64,000 bases of DNA from the NCBI GenBank assembly GCA_041308845.1, contig JBFZAT010000026.1, positions 41,102-105,101 on the forward strand. The letters run 5' to 3'. The position numbers were made by a program, and so were the translations under genes. The notes under the pieces are model-generated. The model had not been told where the DNA came from. It saw only the letters and a program-made list of their open reading frames with translations, and did not search any database. Shown piece by piece: positions 21,225 through 33,700 of this stretch. Position 1 is the stretch's first letter. The number at the start of each line of letters is the position of its first letter. The DNA comes from Candidatus Omnitrophota bacterium. GTDB taxonomy: Bacteria > Omnitrophota > Gorgyraeia > Gygaellales > Profunditerraquicolaceae.

Positions 21225-22523
21225 ATGAATATTTCTATTATCGGTTCCGGGTATGTAGGGTTAGTTTCCGGAGCTTGTTTTGCCGAATTAGGCAATCAGG
21301 TTATTTGTGCTGACCATGACTTAAATAAAATTAACCGGCTCAAAAAAGGAAAATGCCCAATCTATGAGCCTGGGTTACAGGAATTAATTGCCAATAATCT
21401 TAAGAACAAACGGCTTAAATTTACTAATAGTATTAAAGAAGCGGTTCGGGGCAGTGAAGTAATTTTTATTGCGGTGGGCACTCCAGTTTCTGGAAATGGA
21501 GAAGCGGATTTAACCGGGATCGAACTTGTTGCTCGCAGCATCGCCCGCAATATGGATGGTTATCGCTTGATTGTTGAAAAATCTACGGTGCCGGTAGAAA
21601 CCTGTGCTTGGGTTAAGAAGACTATTGCCACTTACGTCAAAAAAAATATAAAATTTGATGTTGTTTCTAATCCGGAGTTTCTCCGGGAAGGTTCGGCGAT
21701 CAACGACTTTAACCGTCCTGACCGGATTGTGTTGGGTTTGGAAGGGGCGAAAGCTAAGCAGATCATGACTGATTTGTATCGCTCATTGAACCGTCCGATT
21801 TTAATCACCAGCATAAAATCTGCGGAGTTGATTAAGCATGCTTCTAATGCTTTCCTGGCGACAAAAATTTCATTTATTAATGCTTTGGCCAGGATTTGCG
21901 ACCGGGTCGGCGCAGATGTTAAGGAAGTGGCGCAGGGGATGGGCTTAGATAATCGTATCGGGAGGTATTTTTTACACGCCGGAATTGGCTATGGTGGCTC
22001 CTGTTTTCCTAAAGATCTAGAGGCTTTTATCGCGATAACCGAAAAATTAGGTTGTGATTTCCAGATCTTGAAAGCGGTGAGAAGCACGAATCAAGAACAG
22101 AAAGATTATGTTTTAAGGAAAATAAAAGATGCATTATGGGTAATTCAAGATAAAACAGTGGCAGTTCTGGGCCTTTCTTTTAAGCCGAATACCGATGATT
22201 TAAGGAGCTCTCCGAGTATTGCTTTAATCCAGGCTTTGATTGAAGCTGGAGCAAAAATTAAGGCCTATGATCCTCAGGCAATGGGCAAAGCCAAACAAGT
22301 TTTGAAAAATGTGGTTTTTTGTAAAGATGCTTATAAAGCCTGCAGCGGGGCTGACTGTTTGATTGTGGCTACGGAATGGAATGAGTTTAAAGAGTTAGAT
22401 TTTAAAAAAGTTAAAAAACTGCTCAAACGTGCCTTGATTATTGACGGCAGGAATATTTATGAACCTAAACTACTGACTAGTCTAGGTTTTACTTATATCG
22501 GCGTGGGGCGCGGAAATGGATAA
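21225..22523 (+). CDS. ugd: UDP-glucose 6-dehydrogenase
   Basis: N-terminal Rossmann IGSGYVGLV, catalytic Cys region GGSCFPKD, and a C-terminal UDP-binding domain. Confidence 0.9.
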   Translation: MNISIIGSGYVGLVSGACFAELGNQVICADHDLNKINRLKKGKCPIYEPGLQELIANNLKNKRLKFTNSIKEAVRGSEVIFIAVGTPVSGNGEADLTGIELVARSIARNMDGYRLIVEKSTVPVETCAWVKKTIATYVKKNIKFDVVSNPEFLREGSAINDFNRPDRIVLGLEGAKAKQIMTDLYRSLNRPILITSIKSAELIKHASNAFLATKISFINALARICDRVGADVKEVAQGMGLDNRIGRYFLHAGIGYGGSCFPKDLEAFIAITEKLGCDFQILKAVRSTNQEQKDYVLRKIKDALWVIQDKTVAVLGLSFKPNTDDLRSSPSIALIQALIEAGAKIKAYDPQAMGKAKQVLKNVVFCKDAYKACSGADCLIVATEWNEFKELDFKKVKKLLKRALIIDGRNIYEPKLLTSLGFTYIGVGRGNG

Positions 22524-23826
22524 AGTGTTAGCTCAATTAGAAAAAAAAATCAAAGCTAAACAATTAGAAATTGCGGTAGTTGGTTTGGGCTATGTGGGGT
22601 TTCCTCTGGCTTTAGAATTTGCCAAAAAAAAAGTTAAAGTCACCGGCATTGAAATCGATACTGATCGCTTAAAGTCTATTGCGCAGCAAAAATCATATAT
22701 TACCGATATCAGTAACCAGGAGCTAAAGTCTTTGTTAGCTGGCGGGTATTTCCGGGCTAGCTCCGATTTTGCGGATATAGCGCAATCTGATGCAGTACTT
22801 ATCTGTGTTCCCACTCCTTTGAAGGGTAAATATCTTCCTGATATTTCTTTCATTAGAACTGCCGTTAGGCAAGTCAGGCGGCATTTAAAAATAGGAGCGC
22901 TGGTCATTTTAGAGAGCACTACTTATCCGGGGACTACCGAAGAAGAGATTTTGCCGATTTTTGAAGAGCAGGGATTTAAACACGGTCAGGATTTTTACCT
23001 GTGTTTTTCTCCAGAAAGAATTGACCCGGGCAATAAAAATTTTCCGGTACAAAAAATTCCTAAAGTTATCGGTGGTATCAGTGAGCAGGCGAGCCGACTG
23101 GCGATGGCTGTTTACCGGGTGATCATTCAGCAGGTAGTATTGGTGAGTAGTTGCCGGGCGGCCGAAACAGTCAAGCTACTGGAAAATACCTTTCGTTTGA
23201 TTAATATCGGGTTGATTGATGAGTTATCCATGATGGCCCATAAAATGAAGATTGATATTTGGGAAGTAATAGCCGCTGCCAGTACGAAACCGTTTGGTTT
23301 TATGCCCTTTTTTCCCGGTCCGGGGGTGGGTGGGCATTGTATTCCCAAAGATCCTTTATATCTGCATTGGAAAGCGAAAAGTTTTGGTTTTCATTCTCGT
23401 TTTATAAAACTGGCTTCCGGGGTGATAAGTGATATGCCCGAATATATCGTAAAAAGGGTGGCAGAGGGCCTACAGCGGACTGGTAAAAATTTGGCCAGAG
23501 CGAAAATATTGGTGGTCGGGGTAACTTATAAGAGAGATATTAAGGATTTACGTAAGTCTCCGAGTATTGATGTGATAAATAGCTTAAAAAAGCAAGGGGC
23601 TGAAGTTTCTTATACTGACCCGTTAATTCCTTTTCTTCAGCTAAAAGGGATTAACTTGAAGTCCGTGCCGCTGAAACCAGAAAAGATCCAGCGCTTTGAT
23701 TGTTGTTTGATCAGTACAGATCACAGCCAGCTTAATTATGAAATAATATTAAAAAATTCCAGATTTATTTTTGATGCCCGGAATGTTTTTAAGGGTAAGC
23801 ATATTGAGAAAGTGGAGAGGCTATGA
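22516..23826 (+). CDS. nucleotide-sugar dehydrogenase, UDP-GlcNAc/ManNAc 6-dehydrogenase type (WbpO/WecC-like)
   Basis: VVGLGYVGFPLA Rossmann and GGHCIPKD catalytic-Cys motif. It sits directly upstream of a WbpP-like epimerase. Confidence 0.75.
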   Translation: MDKVLAQLEKKIKAKQLEIAVVGLGYVGFPLALEFAKKKVKVTGIEIDTDRLKSIAQQKSYITDISNQELKSLLAGGYFRASSDFADIAQSDAVLICVPTPLKGKYLPDISFIRTAVRQVRRHLKIGALVILESTTYPGTTEEEILPIFEEQGFKHGQDFYLCFSPERIDPGNKNFPVQKIPKVIGGISEQASRLAMAVYRVIIQQVVLVSSCRAAETVKLLENTFRLINIGLIDELSMMAHKMKIDIWEVIAAASTKPFGFMPFFPGPGVGGHCIPKDPLYLHWKAKSFGFHSRFIKLASGVISDMPEYIVKRVAEGLQRTGKNLARAKILVVGVTYKRDIKDLRKSPSIDVINSLKKQGAEVSYTDPLIPFLQLKGINLKSVPLKPEKIQRFDCCLISTDHSQLNYEIILKNSRFIFDARNVFKGKHIEKVERL

Positions 23827-24758
23827 GTAAATTTCTAGTTACCGGGGGTGCGGGTTTTATTGGTTCTCATATTGTAGAAGCGCTAGTTCAACAGGGGCAA
23901 AAGGTGCGGGTTTTAGATAATTTTTCCAGCGGTAAAATAAATAACCTTAAAGGTCTTGAGAAAAAAATTGATTTAATTAGAGGGGACATTTGTTCTAAAG
24001 CTACTTGTTTTAGAGCCACCCGTGGTATTGATTACGTTTTGCATCAGGCTGCCTTAAGAAGTGTGCCTAAGAGTATGCTTGAGCCACATGCTTATAACCG
24101 GGTGAACATTGACGGCACCCTCAATATGTTAGAGGCTTGTAGCCGGAATAAAGTAAAACGTTTTGTTTTTGCTTCATCCAGTTCTGTCTATGGCGAGGTT
24201 GAAAACTATCCACAGAAGGAAAATTTTCTACCCCGGCCCATTTCTCCCTATGCGTTAAGTAAGTTAACAGGCGAGCATTATTGCAATATATTCAGCCTGC
24301 ATTTTGGTTTATCTACAGTGGCCTTACGTTATTTTAATGTTTTTGGCCCGCGTCAAGCTTTAGATGATGATTATGCAGTAGTGATCCCAAAATTTATCAA
24401 TTGTTTACTTGGTAATCGGCCTACTCCGATTTTTGGCACCGGCCGGCAATCCCGGGATTTTACTTTTGTCCAAAATGTGGTCTCGGCTAATTTGCTTGCC
24501 GCCAGTAGCTACAAAGGTTTATTCGGTATTTTTAATATTGCTGCGGGTAAGAATATCACAATTTTAGAACTAGTTAAAATTTTGAATAAACTGATGGGCA
24601 AAGCTATCCAGCCGAAATTGTTACCCGTCCGGCCAGGGGATGTATTTAAGACCCTGGCGGATATTTCTTCTGCCAAAAGATTATTGAACTTTGAGCCTAG
24701 CGTTGATTTTATTGAGGGTTTAAGAATTACTCTAAATTATTGGAAGAAAAATGCCTAA
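23823..24758 (+). CDS. NAD-dependent nucleotide-sugar 4-epimerase (WbpP / UDP-GlcNAc(A) 4-epimerase-like)
   Basis: [10 protein letters not shown] and YxxxK (YALSK); extended SDR epimerase family. Confidence 0.7.
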   Translation: MSKFLVTGGAGFIGSHIVEALVQQGQKVRVLDNFSSGKINNLKGLEKKIDLIRGDICSKATCFRATRGIDYVLHQAALRSVPKSMLEPHAYNRVNIDGTLNMLEACSRNKVKRFVFASSSSVYGEVENYPQKENFLPRPISPYALSKLTGEHYCNIFSLHFGLSTVALRYFNVFGPRQALDDDYAVVIPKFINCLLGNRPTPIFGTGRQSRDFTFVQNVVSANLLAASSYKGLFGIFNIAAGKNITILELVKILNKLMGKAIQPKLLPVRPGDVFKTLADISSAKRLLNFEPSVDFIEGLRITLNYWKKNA

Positions 24759-25701
24759 GCAGACTATTTTGATTACCGGCGGAGCGGGTTTTATCGGCTC
24801 CCATCTATGCCAGCGGTTTTTAGAAAAAAATTATAAAGTTATCTGCCTAGATAATTTAATTACCGGTCGGCGGGAGAATTTAAAATCAGCCTCTAAAGAC
24901 AAAAATTTTCGTTTAGAGGTCTGCAATGTTTCCGAACGTATTAAGATTCCTGGTAGGTTGGATTATGTATTACATTGTGCTTCTTTAGCTTCTCCTAAGG
25001 ACTATTTAGACTTTCCAATTCAGACCTTAAAAGTTGGTTCCTTGGGGACACATAATGTGCTAGGTTTAGCTAAGCAAAAGAAGGCTGTTTTTATGCTCTT
25101 TTCTACTTCGGAAGTTTACGGAGATCCGCGTGAGCGTCCGCAAAAGGAGAGTTATTGGGGCCATGTCAATCCAGTGGGCCCACGTGGTTGTTATGATGAG
25201 TCTAAGAGATTTGCTGAAGCTATAACCATGGCCTATCATCGCGTACATAAGATAGATACTAAAATCGTACGTATTTTTAATACTTATGGGCCCCGGATGC
25301 GTCAAGACGACGGCCGGGTAGTTCCCAATCTCATCAGCCAGGCTTTAGCAGGTAAACCGCTTACGGTTTACGGAAAAGGGCAGCAAACTAGAAGTTTTTG
25401 TTATATTGATGACATGATTGAGGGATTGGTTCGTTTAATGCTTTCTGGTGAGCATATGCCGGTTAATTTGGGCAATCCGGATGAATATACGATCATGGAT
25501 TTGATAAAAATAATTTTAAGATTAACTGGATCCCCAAGTAAGATAGTTTTTAAAGCGCTGCCTCAAGATGATCCACAGCAACGTCAGCCGGATATCGAAA
25601 AAGCCAGAAAGCTTTTAGCTTGGCAACCGTTTGTCTCACTTGAGGATGGACTAAAGCGCACCATCGCTTGGTTTAAGGAAGAATTTAGGTCTCTTGCTTG
25701 A
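24751..25701 (+). CDS. uxs: UDP-glucuronate decarboxylase (UDP-xylose synthase)
   Basis: [20 protein letters not shown], and YDESKRFAE containing the YxxxK; overall UXS-type extended SDR. Confidence 0.85.
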   Translation: MPKQTILITGGAGFIGSHLCQRFLEKNYKVICLDNLITGRRENLKSASKDKNFRLEVCNVSERIKIPGRLDYVLHCASLASPKDYLDFPIQTLKVGSLGTHNVLGLAKQKKAVFMLFSTSEVYGDPRERPQKESYWGHVNPVGPRGCYDESKRFAEAITMAYHRVHKIDTKIVRIFNTYGPRMRQDDGRVVPNLISQALAGKPLTVYGKGQQTRSFCYIDDMIEGLVRLMLSGEHMPVNLGNPDEYTIMDLIKIILRLTGSPSKIVFKALPQDDPQQRQPDIEKARKLLAWQPFVSLEDGLKRTIAWFKEEFRSLA

Positions 25702-25726
25702 CAATCTAACTGGATATATGTTATAC
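25698..25726 (+). promoter_or_regulatory. candidate sigma70 promoter TTGACA-N17-TTATAC upstream of the cvpA-like gene
   Basis: TTGACA 25698-25703 overlaps the uxs stop region; a -10-like hexamer at 25721-25726. Confidence 0.35.
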
Positions 25727-25794
25727 TTTTTGATAAATAAAAATAATCCCGATTCATCCCGGTTCCAGCCATAATAATTACTTAGGTGTAATTT

Positions 25795-26376
25795 ATGATT
25801 ATCGACATCGTTGCCCAGTTTAATTTTCTGGATTTTATTATTATAATTCTTTTATTCAGAATATGTTACATTGCAGCTAAAATGGGCTTATCCGTAGAGA
25901 TCTTTAAGCTCTCGGGGGTTATATTTTCTACCTATATTGCCTTACACTACTATACCATTATTTCTGATTTGATTCAGCGTAAGTTTCTGCCGAAAGCCAT
26001 GCCGTTGGAGTTTATGGACTTCATCGTTTTCCTGCTGTTAATTACCGTTGGTTATTTGTGTTCTATCGGTTTACGCAGCTTACTTTACCGTTTTATTCAA
26101 CTCAATGCATTGCCACGGATTAATCAATTGATCGGGTTATTTTTGGGGATTGTTCGAGGTTTTTTGATTATTGGGCTATTGGCCTACGCTTTGGCTATTT
26201 CCAGTGTTAATTATTTCAGTAATTCGGTCAAGCGTTCTTATTTTGGCATCCGAGCAGTGAAGATTGCTCCAGGTACCTACGACTGGATCTGGAATAATAT
26301 TTTTTCTAAATTCTCCGGTCAGGAAAAGCTCAATTCTACAGTTATCGAAGCTATGGAGAAACTAAATCGCAAATGA
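25795..26376 (+). CDS. CvpA-family membrane protein
   Basis: 193 aa with four predicted TM helices and a CvpA-like N-terminal pattern. Confidence 0.5.
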   Translation: MIIDIVAQFNFLDFIIIILLFRICYIAAKMGLSVEIFKLSGVIFSTYIALHYYTIISDLIQRKFLPKAMPLEFMDFIVFLLLITVGYLCSIGLRSLLYRFIQLNALPRINQLIGLFLGIVRGFLIIGLLAYALAISSVNYFSNSVKRSYFGIRAVKIAPGTYDWIWNNIFSKFSGQEKLNSTVIEAMEKLNRK

Positions 26377-27257
26377 AATTGATTAGTTTTTATAATCAAA
26401 TGGTACGCTTAGGCCGCCTGGCTGATCCGCGCAGAGATAAAACTGCGATTAAATCTTTCCCGGATTCGGCAATTCTTTTCGGTCAGCCTAATTTAGAGAT
26501 AAATAAAATTATGGTGGGTATCGATATTGAAGTGGCTGAGCTTTTATTGGCTGACCGTATTCGTCAAAAGGAAGGATTGGATTTAGTTCTAGCTCATCAT
26601 CCTGAAGGCAAGGCTTACGCCGGCTTACATGAAGTGATGCGCCTGCAAATAGATCTCTTAATCCGAGCCGGAGTTGCCCAACAGACTGCTCGGCGGTTAT
26701 TAGAAGAGCGGATGGCTGAAGTAGAGCGCAGGGTACTGCCTCAAAACCATACCCGCCCGGTAGACGCAGCCAGGTTATTGAACATTCCGTTTATGAATAT
26801 GCATACGCCGGCTGATAATCATGTTTACCGCTACCTGGAAGCTATCTTTCGGAAAAAATCAACCATTCCGGTCCGGGTAGAGGATGTAGTGACAGTATTA
26901 AATACTATTCCTGAATATCAGCTGGCCCGGAAATTTAATACCGGTCCGCGGATTATTTTGGGCAATCCTAAGCGGCCGGTAGGTAAGATACTTTTGGAGA
27001 TGACCGGAGGCACTGAGGGGTCTAAAGATGTTTTTGATAAATTATATAAAGCCGGGGTAAGGACTTTGGTGTCGATGCATCTAAGTGAAGAGCATTTTAA
27101 AAAGGTCAAAGACGCCAATTTAAATGTAGTTATTGCTGGCCATATTTCTTCGGATACCCTGGGACTAAATCTGCTTTTGGATAACATCGAAAGATCTGCT
27201 GGTCAGGAATTTCAAGTGGTTGCTTGCTCTGGTTTCACCCGCATTAAAAGAAAGTAG
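26373..27257 (+). CDS. Nif3-like (YqfO/YbgI family) dinuclear-metal-centre protein
   Basis: LVLAHHP and a C-terminal AGH motif with NIF3-like spacing. Its position upstream of dnaG-rpoD is conserved in many bacteria. Confidence 0.5.
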   Translation: MKLISFYNQMVRLGRLADPRRDKTAIKSFPDSAILFGQPNLEINKIMVGIDIEVAELLLADRIRQKEGLDLVLAHHPEGKAYAGLHEVMRLQIDLLIRAGVAQQTARRLLEERMAEVERRVLPQNHTRPVDAARLLNIPFMNMHTPADNHVYRYLEAIFRKKSTIPVRVEDVVTVLNTIPEYQLARKFNTGPRIILGNPKRPVGKILLEMTGGTEGSKDVFDKLYKAGVRTLVSMHLSEEHFKKVKDANLNVVIAGHISSDTLGLNLLLDNIERSAGQEFQVVACSGFTRIKRK

Positions 27258-27261
27258 AAAG

Positions 27262-29028
27262 ATGACTGGAAGGATTCCCGAAAACTTTTTAGAAGATATC
27301 CTGGGGCGGATAGATATCGTTGAGGTTATTTCCGGTTATATCCCGCTTAAAAAAGCCGGAGCGAACTTTAAAGCGAATTGCCCGTTTCATCATGAAAAGA
27401 CTGCCTCTTTTATGGTTTCTCCGGAGCGTCAAATTTACCATTGTTTTGGCTGCGGTGAATCCGGCAATGCATTTAAATTCCTGATGCGTCATGAACGGAT
27501 GGAATTTCCCGAAGCAGTAGAAATCTTGGCAAAGAAATGCGGGGTCAACCTTCCGGATCAGCATAAACCGGGATTAGAGCGGACCGCCAGTTTAAATAGC
27601 CAGTTATATAAAGTGAATGAATTGGCGCTGGGATTTTATGAAAACAGCTTACAGTCCGTCGATTCCCAGGCAGCTAGGGATTATTTGCTTAAGCGTGGAG
27701 TTAAGCTGGTAACGATTAAAGAATGCCGTTTAGGCCTAGCTACATCGGGTTGGGATAATTTGATTAATTTTTTACGTTCTCAAGGCATAAATTTAGCCTT
27801 GATGGAGCAAGCGGGCTTAATTCTGCCTAAAGATACAGGAGGTTATTACGATCGGTTTCGTAACCGGATTATCTTCCCTGTATTTGACTTACGTAGCCGT
27901 TTGATTGGATTTGGAGCTCGGGTACTAGATGATAGTTTGCCTAAATATGTAAATTCACCGGAAACCCCGGTTTATAGTAAGGGTAAAAATCTCTTCGGTT
28001 TTAATCTATCCAAAGATTTTATCCGTCAAACAGATAGCGTGGTCATTGTGGAAGGTTATCTGGATTTCATTATTCCGTATCAAGAAGGTTTAAAAAATAT
28101 TGTTGCTTCGCAAGGAACCGCTTTAACTATAGAGCAGATAAGATTAATCAAACGATATACCCATAATGCAGTTATGGTATATGATGGTGATACCGCTGGG
28201 CAGCTGGCTACCTTAAGAAGTTTGGATTTGTTGATTGAGGAAGGGCTGGATGTAAAAATTGTTCCTTTACCTAAGGGTGTTGATCCTGATGTTTTAGTTC
28301 GCCAAGAGGGGGTCGATACTTTAAAAAATCGGGTGCGCCAGGCAGTAAGCTTTTTCGATTATAAATTGGAGGTGTTAAAGAGTCTGCATGACATAAGAGA
28401 TGCCCACGGTAAAACTAGGATTGCTCAAGAGATGCTTTTGACGATAAATAAATTTGAAAATGCTATTTTGAGAGGGGAATATATTAAAAGATTATCTGAT
28501 CAGATGCGCATACCGGAGCCCTACATTTTGGAGGAGTTGCATAAATTAAAACCTGCTTTTTATCGGTCCGTCGATCAACCGGCTACTCCTACGCCTAAAC
28601 CTTTAGCGATCAATCCGGCCGAGAAGCTTTTAATCAAATTTATGTTGGAAGGTAATGAGGCAATCGAAAGAATCATGAGTGAACTTTCACTCTCTGACTT
28701 TCAGGATGCCCGGACAGCTAAAATTGTTGCCTTGATGCAGGAATTAGTCCTACAAGGTAAAAGTATTTCACCCAGTATTTTGATGAATTATTTTAATGAA
28801 GATGATGCTAGCCAATTAGTTTGCGAAACAATGTTTATGCCGGCGCTGAGCGATCAGAGCAGGGAAAAAGCGGTTAATGATTGTATTGCGCGAATTAAGG
28901 TACAAAGGCTTAAATCAAGACGCGAACATCTTCATATACAGATTAAAAGTGCCCAATCCTTAGGTGACCAGGATCGGTTAAGTAGTCTTATTCAAGAATT
29001 TCATAACCTCATAAAGAAAGGCGATTAA
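27262..29028 (+). CDS. dnaG: DNA primase
   Basis: Zinc-binding [11 protein letters not shown]...CFGCG and a TOPRIM domain. The ATG at 27262 follows the upstream stop at 27257; the ORF-track start at 27220 overlaps that gene. Confidence 0.9.
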   Translation: MTGRIPENFLEDILGRIDIVEVISGYIPLKKAGANFKANCPFHHEKTASFMVSPERQIYHCFGCGESGNAFKFLMRHERMEFPEAVEILAKKCGVNLPDQHKPGLERTASLNSQLYKVNELALGFYENSLQSVDSQAARDYLLKRGVKLVTIKECRLGLATSGWDNLINFLRSQGINLALMEQAGLILPKDTGGYYDRFRNRIIFPVFDLRSRLIGFGARVLDDSLPKYVNSPETPVYSKGKNLFGFNLSKDFIRQTDSVVIVEGYLDFIIPYQEGLKNIVASQGTALTIEQIRLIKRYTHNAVMVYDGDTAGQLATLRSLDLLIEEGLDVKIVPLPKGVDPDVLVRQEGVDTLKNRVRQAVSFFDYKLEVLKSLHDIRDAHGKTRIAQEMLLTINKFENAILRGEYIKRLSDQMRIPEPYILEELHKLKPAFYRSVDQPATPTPKPLAINPAEKLLIKFMLEGNEAIERIMSELSLSDFQDARTAKIVALMQELVLQGKSISPSILMNYFNEDDASQLVCETMFMPALSDQSREKAVNDCIARIKVQRLKSRREHLHIQIKSAQSLGDQDRLSSLIQEFHNLIKKGD

Positions 29029-29030
29029 TC

Positions 29031-30590
29031 ATGAAGAAAACCCCGCAGCAACCCACTAAAGATATGGAGAAACTGATTGCCCTGGGTAAACAAAAAGGTT
29101 TCCTTACTTACGATGAGGTTAATGATTTACTGCCGGAGGATCTTTCTAGTACCGTAGCTATTGATCACCTTTTTGAACTTTTGGGTAATGAAGATATCCA
29201 GGTGGTGGAAGGCGAAACTGATGCTGGTTTATCGGCTAACCGGGCTTCTCAGCAGGATAAGCAGAATTTAGTTCAACAGCGCGAAGAACTGTTGAGTGAA
29301 CAATTAAAAAGCGAAGAACGATTTATGCCTTTAGATGATCCGGTTAAAATGTACTTAAAGCAGATGGGTTCGATCTCTTTATTGAGCAGGGAGAATGAAA
29401 TTGAGCTGGCTAAAAAAATTGAGGATGCCGAAGATAAGTTTAAACGCGCCAGTTTAGTTACCAAATTTGTCAGAAATGAAGTTTTAGTGGTAGCTGCTAA
29501 TATCCTCGAGGATAAAATCAATATGGAAGAGGTGGTCAAGGAAGATATCCATATTAAAAAAAGTAGTTTATTGGGTAGATTTAAGCGAATTTTAGGGAAA
29601 ATTAAGCAAACGCGGAGTGAAAGTAACGCGATAAATTTAATTTTACAGCTTAATTTCACTACTTCGGTTATTGAGGCTGCGGTACGTAAATTAAGCCTGC
29701 AGCTACGGGAGTTGGAGCATCAGCGCCGGATGAATAAACGGGCTAACCTGCGCAGCCGGCAGATATTAAAAGATTTTGGGCAGCCCTACAGTAAAATCAA
29801 AGAACAAATAAAAGTTATTAAATCCGCCCATCTTAAATTCAGCCGGACAAAAAAGAAGTTAGTAGAAGCCAACCTTCGTTTAGTAGTGAGCATTGCTAAA
29901 AAATATACTAACCGTGGGCTTTCTTTTCTAGATTTAATTCAGGAAGGTAATATTGGTTTGATGCGGGCGGTAGAAAAATTCGAATATAAGCGTGGTTATA
30001 AGTTTTCCACCTACGCTACTTGGTGGATCCGGCAGGCGATTACCCGTTCTATCGCTGACCAGGCCCGGACTATCCGAATACCTGTACATATGACTGAGAC
30101 AATTAATAAAATCATCCGTTTCTCACGTGTTTTCGTACAAAAGAATGGCAGGGAGCCTACCCCGGAAGAGATCGCGCATAAAATGCGTTTTCCTCAAGGC
30201 AAGATTAAGTCTATATTAAAGATTGCCCAGGAGCCGATTTCCCTGCAAATGCCTATTGGTGATGAAGGAGATACGCATTTCGGTGATTTTATACAGGATA
30301 AAAAAGCAGTTTCCCCGGCTAATGAAACAGTGCGTTCAATGTTAAAAGATGAAATGAATTCAGCCTTGGGCACTTTAACCGAACGAGAGAAAAAGATTTT
30401 AGTTTTACGTTTTGGTATTCAAGATGGGTCTGCGCGTACCCTAGAAGAAGTCGGTAATGTTTTTAAGGTCACCCGGGAAAGGGTCAGGCAGATTGAGGCT
30501 AAAGCTTTAAAGAAACTCAGGCATCCTTCACGCTCGCGCCGCTTAAGGACGTTTATGGATATGACTTTAGCGCACCAGAGGGAATATTAA
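29031..30590 (+). CDS. rpoD: RNA polymerase sigma factor RpoD (sigma70)
   Basis: Regions 1.2 to 4.2 are present, including the [19 protein letters not shown] rpoD box. Confidence 0.95.
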   Translation: MKKTPQQPTKDMEKLIALGKQKGFLTYDEVNDLLPEDLSSTVAIDHLFELLGNEDIQVVEGETDAGLSANRASQQDKQNLVQQREELLSEQLKSEERFMPLDDPVKMYLKQMGSISLLSRENEIELAKKIEDAEDKFKRASLVTKFVRNEVLVVAANILEDKINMEEVVKEDIHIKKSSLLGRFKRILGKIKQTRSESNAINLILQLNFTTSVIEAAVRKLSLQLRELEHQRRMNKRANLRSRQILKDFGQPYSKIKEQIKVIKSAHLKFSRTKKKLVEANLRLVVSIAKKYTNRGLSFLDLIQEGNIGLMRAVEKFEYKRGYKFSTYATWWIRQAITRSIADQARTIRIPVHMTETINKIIRFSRVFVQKNGREPTPEEIAHKMRFPQGKIKSILKIAQEPISLQMPIGDEGDTHFGDFIQDKKAVSPANETVRSMLKDEMNSALGTLTEREKKILVLRFGIQDGSARTLEEVGNVFKVTRERVRQIEAKALKKLRHPSRSRRLRTFMDMTLAHQREY

Positions 30591-30652
30591 GTTACTGATT
30601 ATTAAGTTGCTAATTAAGGAAGATTAAATGGTTTATTGGAAAAATGGGTCTG

Positions 30653-30690
30653 GGCAACTACTTAAATTTAAGCAGCTGCCTTTTTGTTTG
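30653..30690 (+). terminator. rho-independent terminator after rpoD
   Basis: Imperfect stem GGCAACTACTT / AAGCAGCTGCC with loop AAATTT, followed by TTTTTGTTTG. Confidence 0.55.
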
Positions 30691-30715
30691 TAGGTTGATT
30701 AGTTGTTGACTAAAA

Positions 30716-33700
30716 ATGGAAAATCATAAAAAACAAAATTTTGAAACCACTTTAGCCAAGCTGCGTAAGGTAGAATTTCAGCAGAAAGCAATCTTGGATA
30801 ATATTCCGGATATCGCCTGGCTTAAAGATCTTCAAGGTAGATTTATTGCGGTCAATCAGCCTTTTGCTAAAGCCTGTGGTTTTAAAGTCGGAGAAATTAT
30901 TGGTAAGACGGATTTGGAAATCTGGCCTAGAGAATTAGCGCTTAGTTATATTGCTGATGACCGGGAGGTCATCGAAAGTAAAAAACGTAAGTGTGTTCAG
31001 GAACGGTTGATGTATCAGGAAGGTGGCGAGCAGTGGATTGAGACTATCAAGACCCCGTTTTTTGATGATCACGGAGATGTCATCGGCACTACCGGGATTG
31101 CCAGAAATATTACTTTGCACAAAAGTGAAGCCGAAAGGTTAAAAGAAATCCGTGCTGAGCTTGAACTTAGAGTTAAGGTGCGCACTTCGGAGCTAGCCAG
31201 TTTTAACGAAGCCTTACGTAAAGAAATGCGGGTAACTCAAGAAGCTCAAAAAGAACTCGCCAGCCTGGGCAACTTTCTTACTAATGTTTTTAATAGTATC
31301 CAAGACGGGTTATCGGTTCTGGATAATAAGATGAATATTGTGCGGGTTAACCCGACAATGGAGAAGTGGTATGCATTTAACATGCCGCTTATCGGAAAGA
31401 AATGTTATCAGGCTTATCATCAGCGCAGCAAACCTTGCGAAGTTTGTCCGGTAGCGGAAACTTTCAAGACGCATCAAGCTGCGCATTTTATTAATCCAAT
31501 GGATGATAAGGATGGAAAAACAATCGGATATTTTGATTTATATAGTTTTCCCATGTTTGATGAAAATACTAAAGAATTAATCGGAGTGATTGAATATGTA
31601 CGAAATATCACCGAGCAAAAATTTGCCCAGGAGGCTTTACGATTAAGTGAAGAAAAATTTAAAAGCATCTTTGAATATTCTAATCTTGGTTTATTAGTTT
31701 TAGATGCGCAAACCCGCAAATTTATTTTATGCAACCGTATAATTCAAAAGATGCTCGGTTATAGGCAAGAAGAGCTTCTACAGATGAAAGTCTCCGATAT
31801 TCATCTTCAGAATGATTTATCCCAGCTAAACGCTCATTATGAGGGCTTAAAAAATAGCGGCCAAGTTTATTTACATTTCTTCCCGGTTAAAAGAAAAGAT
31901 GGCGGTATTTTTTATGCCGATATTAATGCTACCAAGCTGGTTTTAGATGGTAAGGAATGCGTTTTAGCTAATTTTGAAGATGTTACCGCGCAGAAGGAGA
32001 ATGTAGATAAATTAGCCAGGGCTGAAGAGCGCTACCGTTTAATTACGGAACAAACCGGCCAGTTGATTTATGATCTAGATATGTCAACCCAAAAAATTAT
32101 CTGGGGCGGATTAATTGAGAATATTACCGGCTTTAGCCAAGAGGAGTTTAGTCAGGTTGATCTTAAGCGTTGGGAGGAGATGATCCATCCCGATGACCGT
32201 AAAAACGCTGTGGATTTATTGAATCAATCTATAAAATCCGGCCAAGCATATAAGGCGGATTACCGTCTTTTACATAAAAACGGTTCATATATATATATGG
32301 GTGATCGGGGTGCATTCTTAAGGGATAATAATGGTGTCGTTTATCGTATGTTAGGCTGTATGGAAGATGTTAGTAAAAACCTAGAATATGCCAATGAGCT
32401 TAAGATATATCGGGAGAAGTTGGAAACATTAGTTGAACAGAGGACAAAATCTTTGGAATTAGAAATTGCTACGCGTAAAGAAATGGAAGAAAAAGCGGGT
32501 ATTTTACATCAACAGCTGGAGTTTATCTTAGGGGTTACTAAAACCGGGCTGGATATTATTGATCAAGATTATAACTTACGTTATGTTGATCCGGCTTGGG
32601 CGAGTAATTACGGTGAATGGAAAGGCAAGAAGTGTTATGAATATTTTATGGGCCGTAATAGTTCCTGTGCCAACTGTGCTATCGAAGAAGCTTTTAGAAC
32701 CAAAAAAACCGTAATCAGCGAGGAGATTTTAACCAGAGAAGGCAATCGGCCGATTCAGGTCACAACGATACCTTACCAGGATAAGAATAATGATTGGTTG
32801 GTAGCCGAAATTAATCTCGATATTACTCAGAAAAAAATAATTGATGAAGAGCTCAAGCGTTACCGTAATGATTTAGAGGCCCTGGTCGGTGAACGGACTC
32901 GTGATCTTTTGGAGGAAACTAATCGTTATAAAGCTGCGGAATTGGAGAAAAGTAAGCTTAATCGAGAGCTAATTAAGGTTAACGAAAAATTAAAAAGCAT
33001 TTCACTGATTGACGCGCATACGGGTTTATACAACTATCGTTATCTGCAGGAAGCTATTGAAGTGGAGTTTCATCAAGCCAGAAGGTATGCCCAAAATTTA
33101 TCGATTATCATGCTGGATGTAGATTATTTTAAATCGATTAATGATGTTTACGGAATAGTTTTCGGAGACCTGGTTTTAAAGCAGCTGGCCAAACAACTGA
33201 AACGTATGGTGAGGCGTTACGATATCCTTGTCCGTTACAGCGGCGAGGAATTTATTATCATCTCTCCCCGCTTAAACCGCAGTACGGCTTTTAATATGGC
33301 TCAAAGATTATTGGATTCTTTAAATTTCATTAATTTCGGTAATAAAAAACATAGTGTTAAATTAAAAATCAGCCTTTCGGTTGTTTCTTTTCCGGAAGAC
33401 CGAGCAAAAAACGGCATGGATTTAATTAATTTAGCCGATTTATTATTAAGCCGGGCTAAAGAAAGCGGTGGTAACCGCGTCTATTCATCTCTGGATATGA
33501 AAAACTCGCTGACTAAAGGGATGGAAAGAATTTCTAAATCCGTGGGAATAAAAACTTTAAAGAATACCATTAGTAAGCTGAACAAGCAATCTAAGCAAGG
33601 GCTTAGTGAATCAATCTTTGCTTTTGCTAAGACCCTGGAATTAAAAGATCATTATACTGGTGAACATGTTGAAAACACGGTGCATTTTGCTACCGGTGTG

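Noticed and set aside
27220-27261. Longer ORF-track starts for dnaG (27220), pheA (38653) and the hisC-like gene (39747)
   Set aside because: The extensions overlap the preceding genes by 38 to 80 nt and add non-conserved residues. Internal ATG/GTG codons immediately after the upstream stop give N-termini matching the family consensus.
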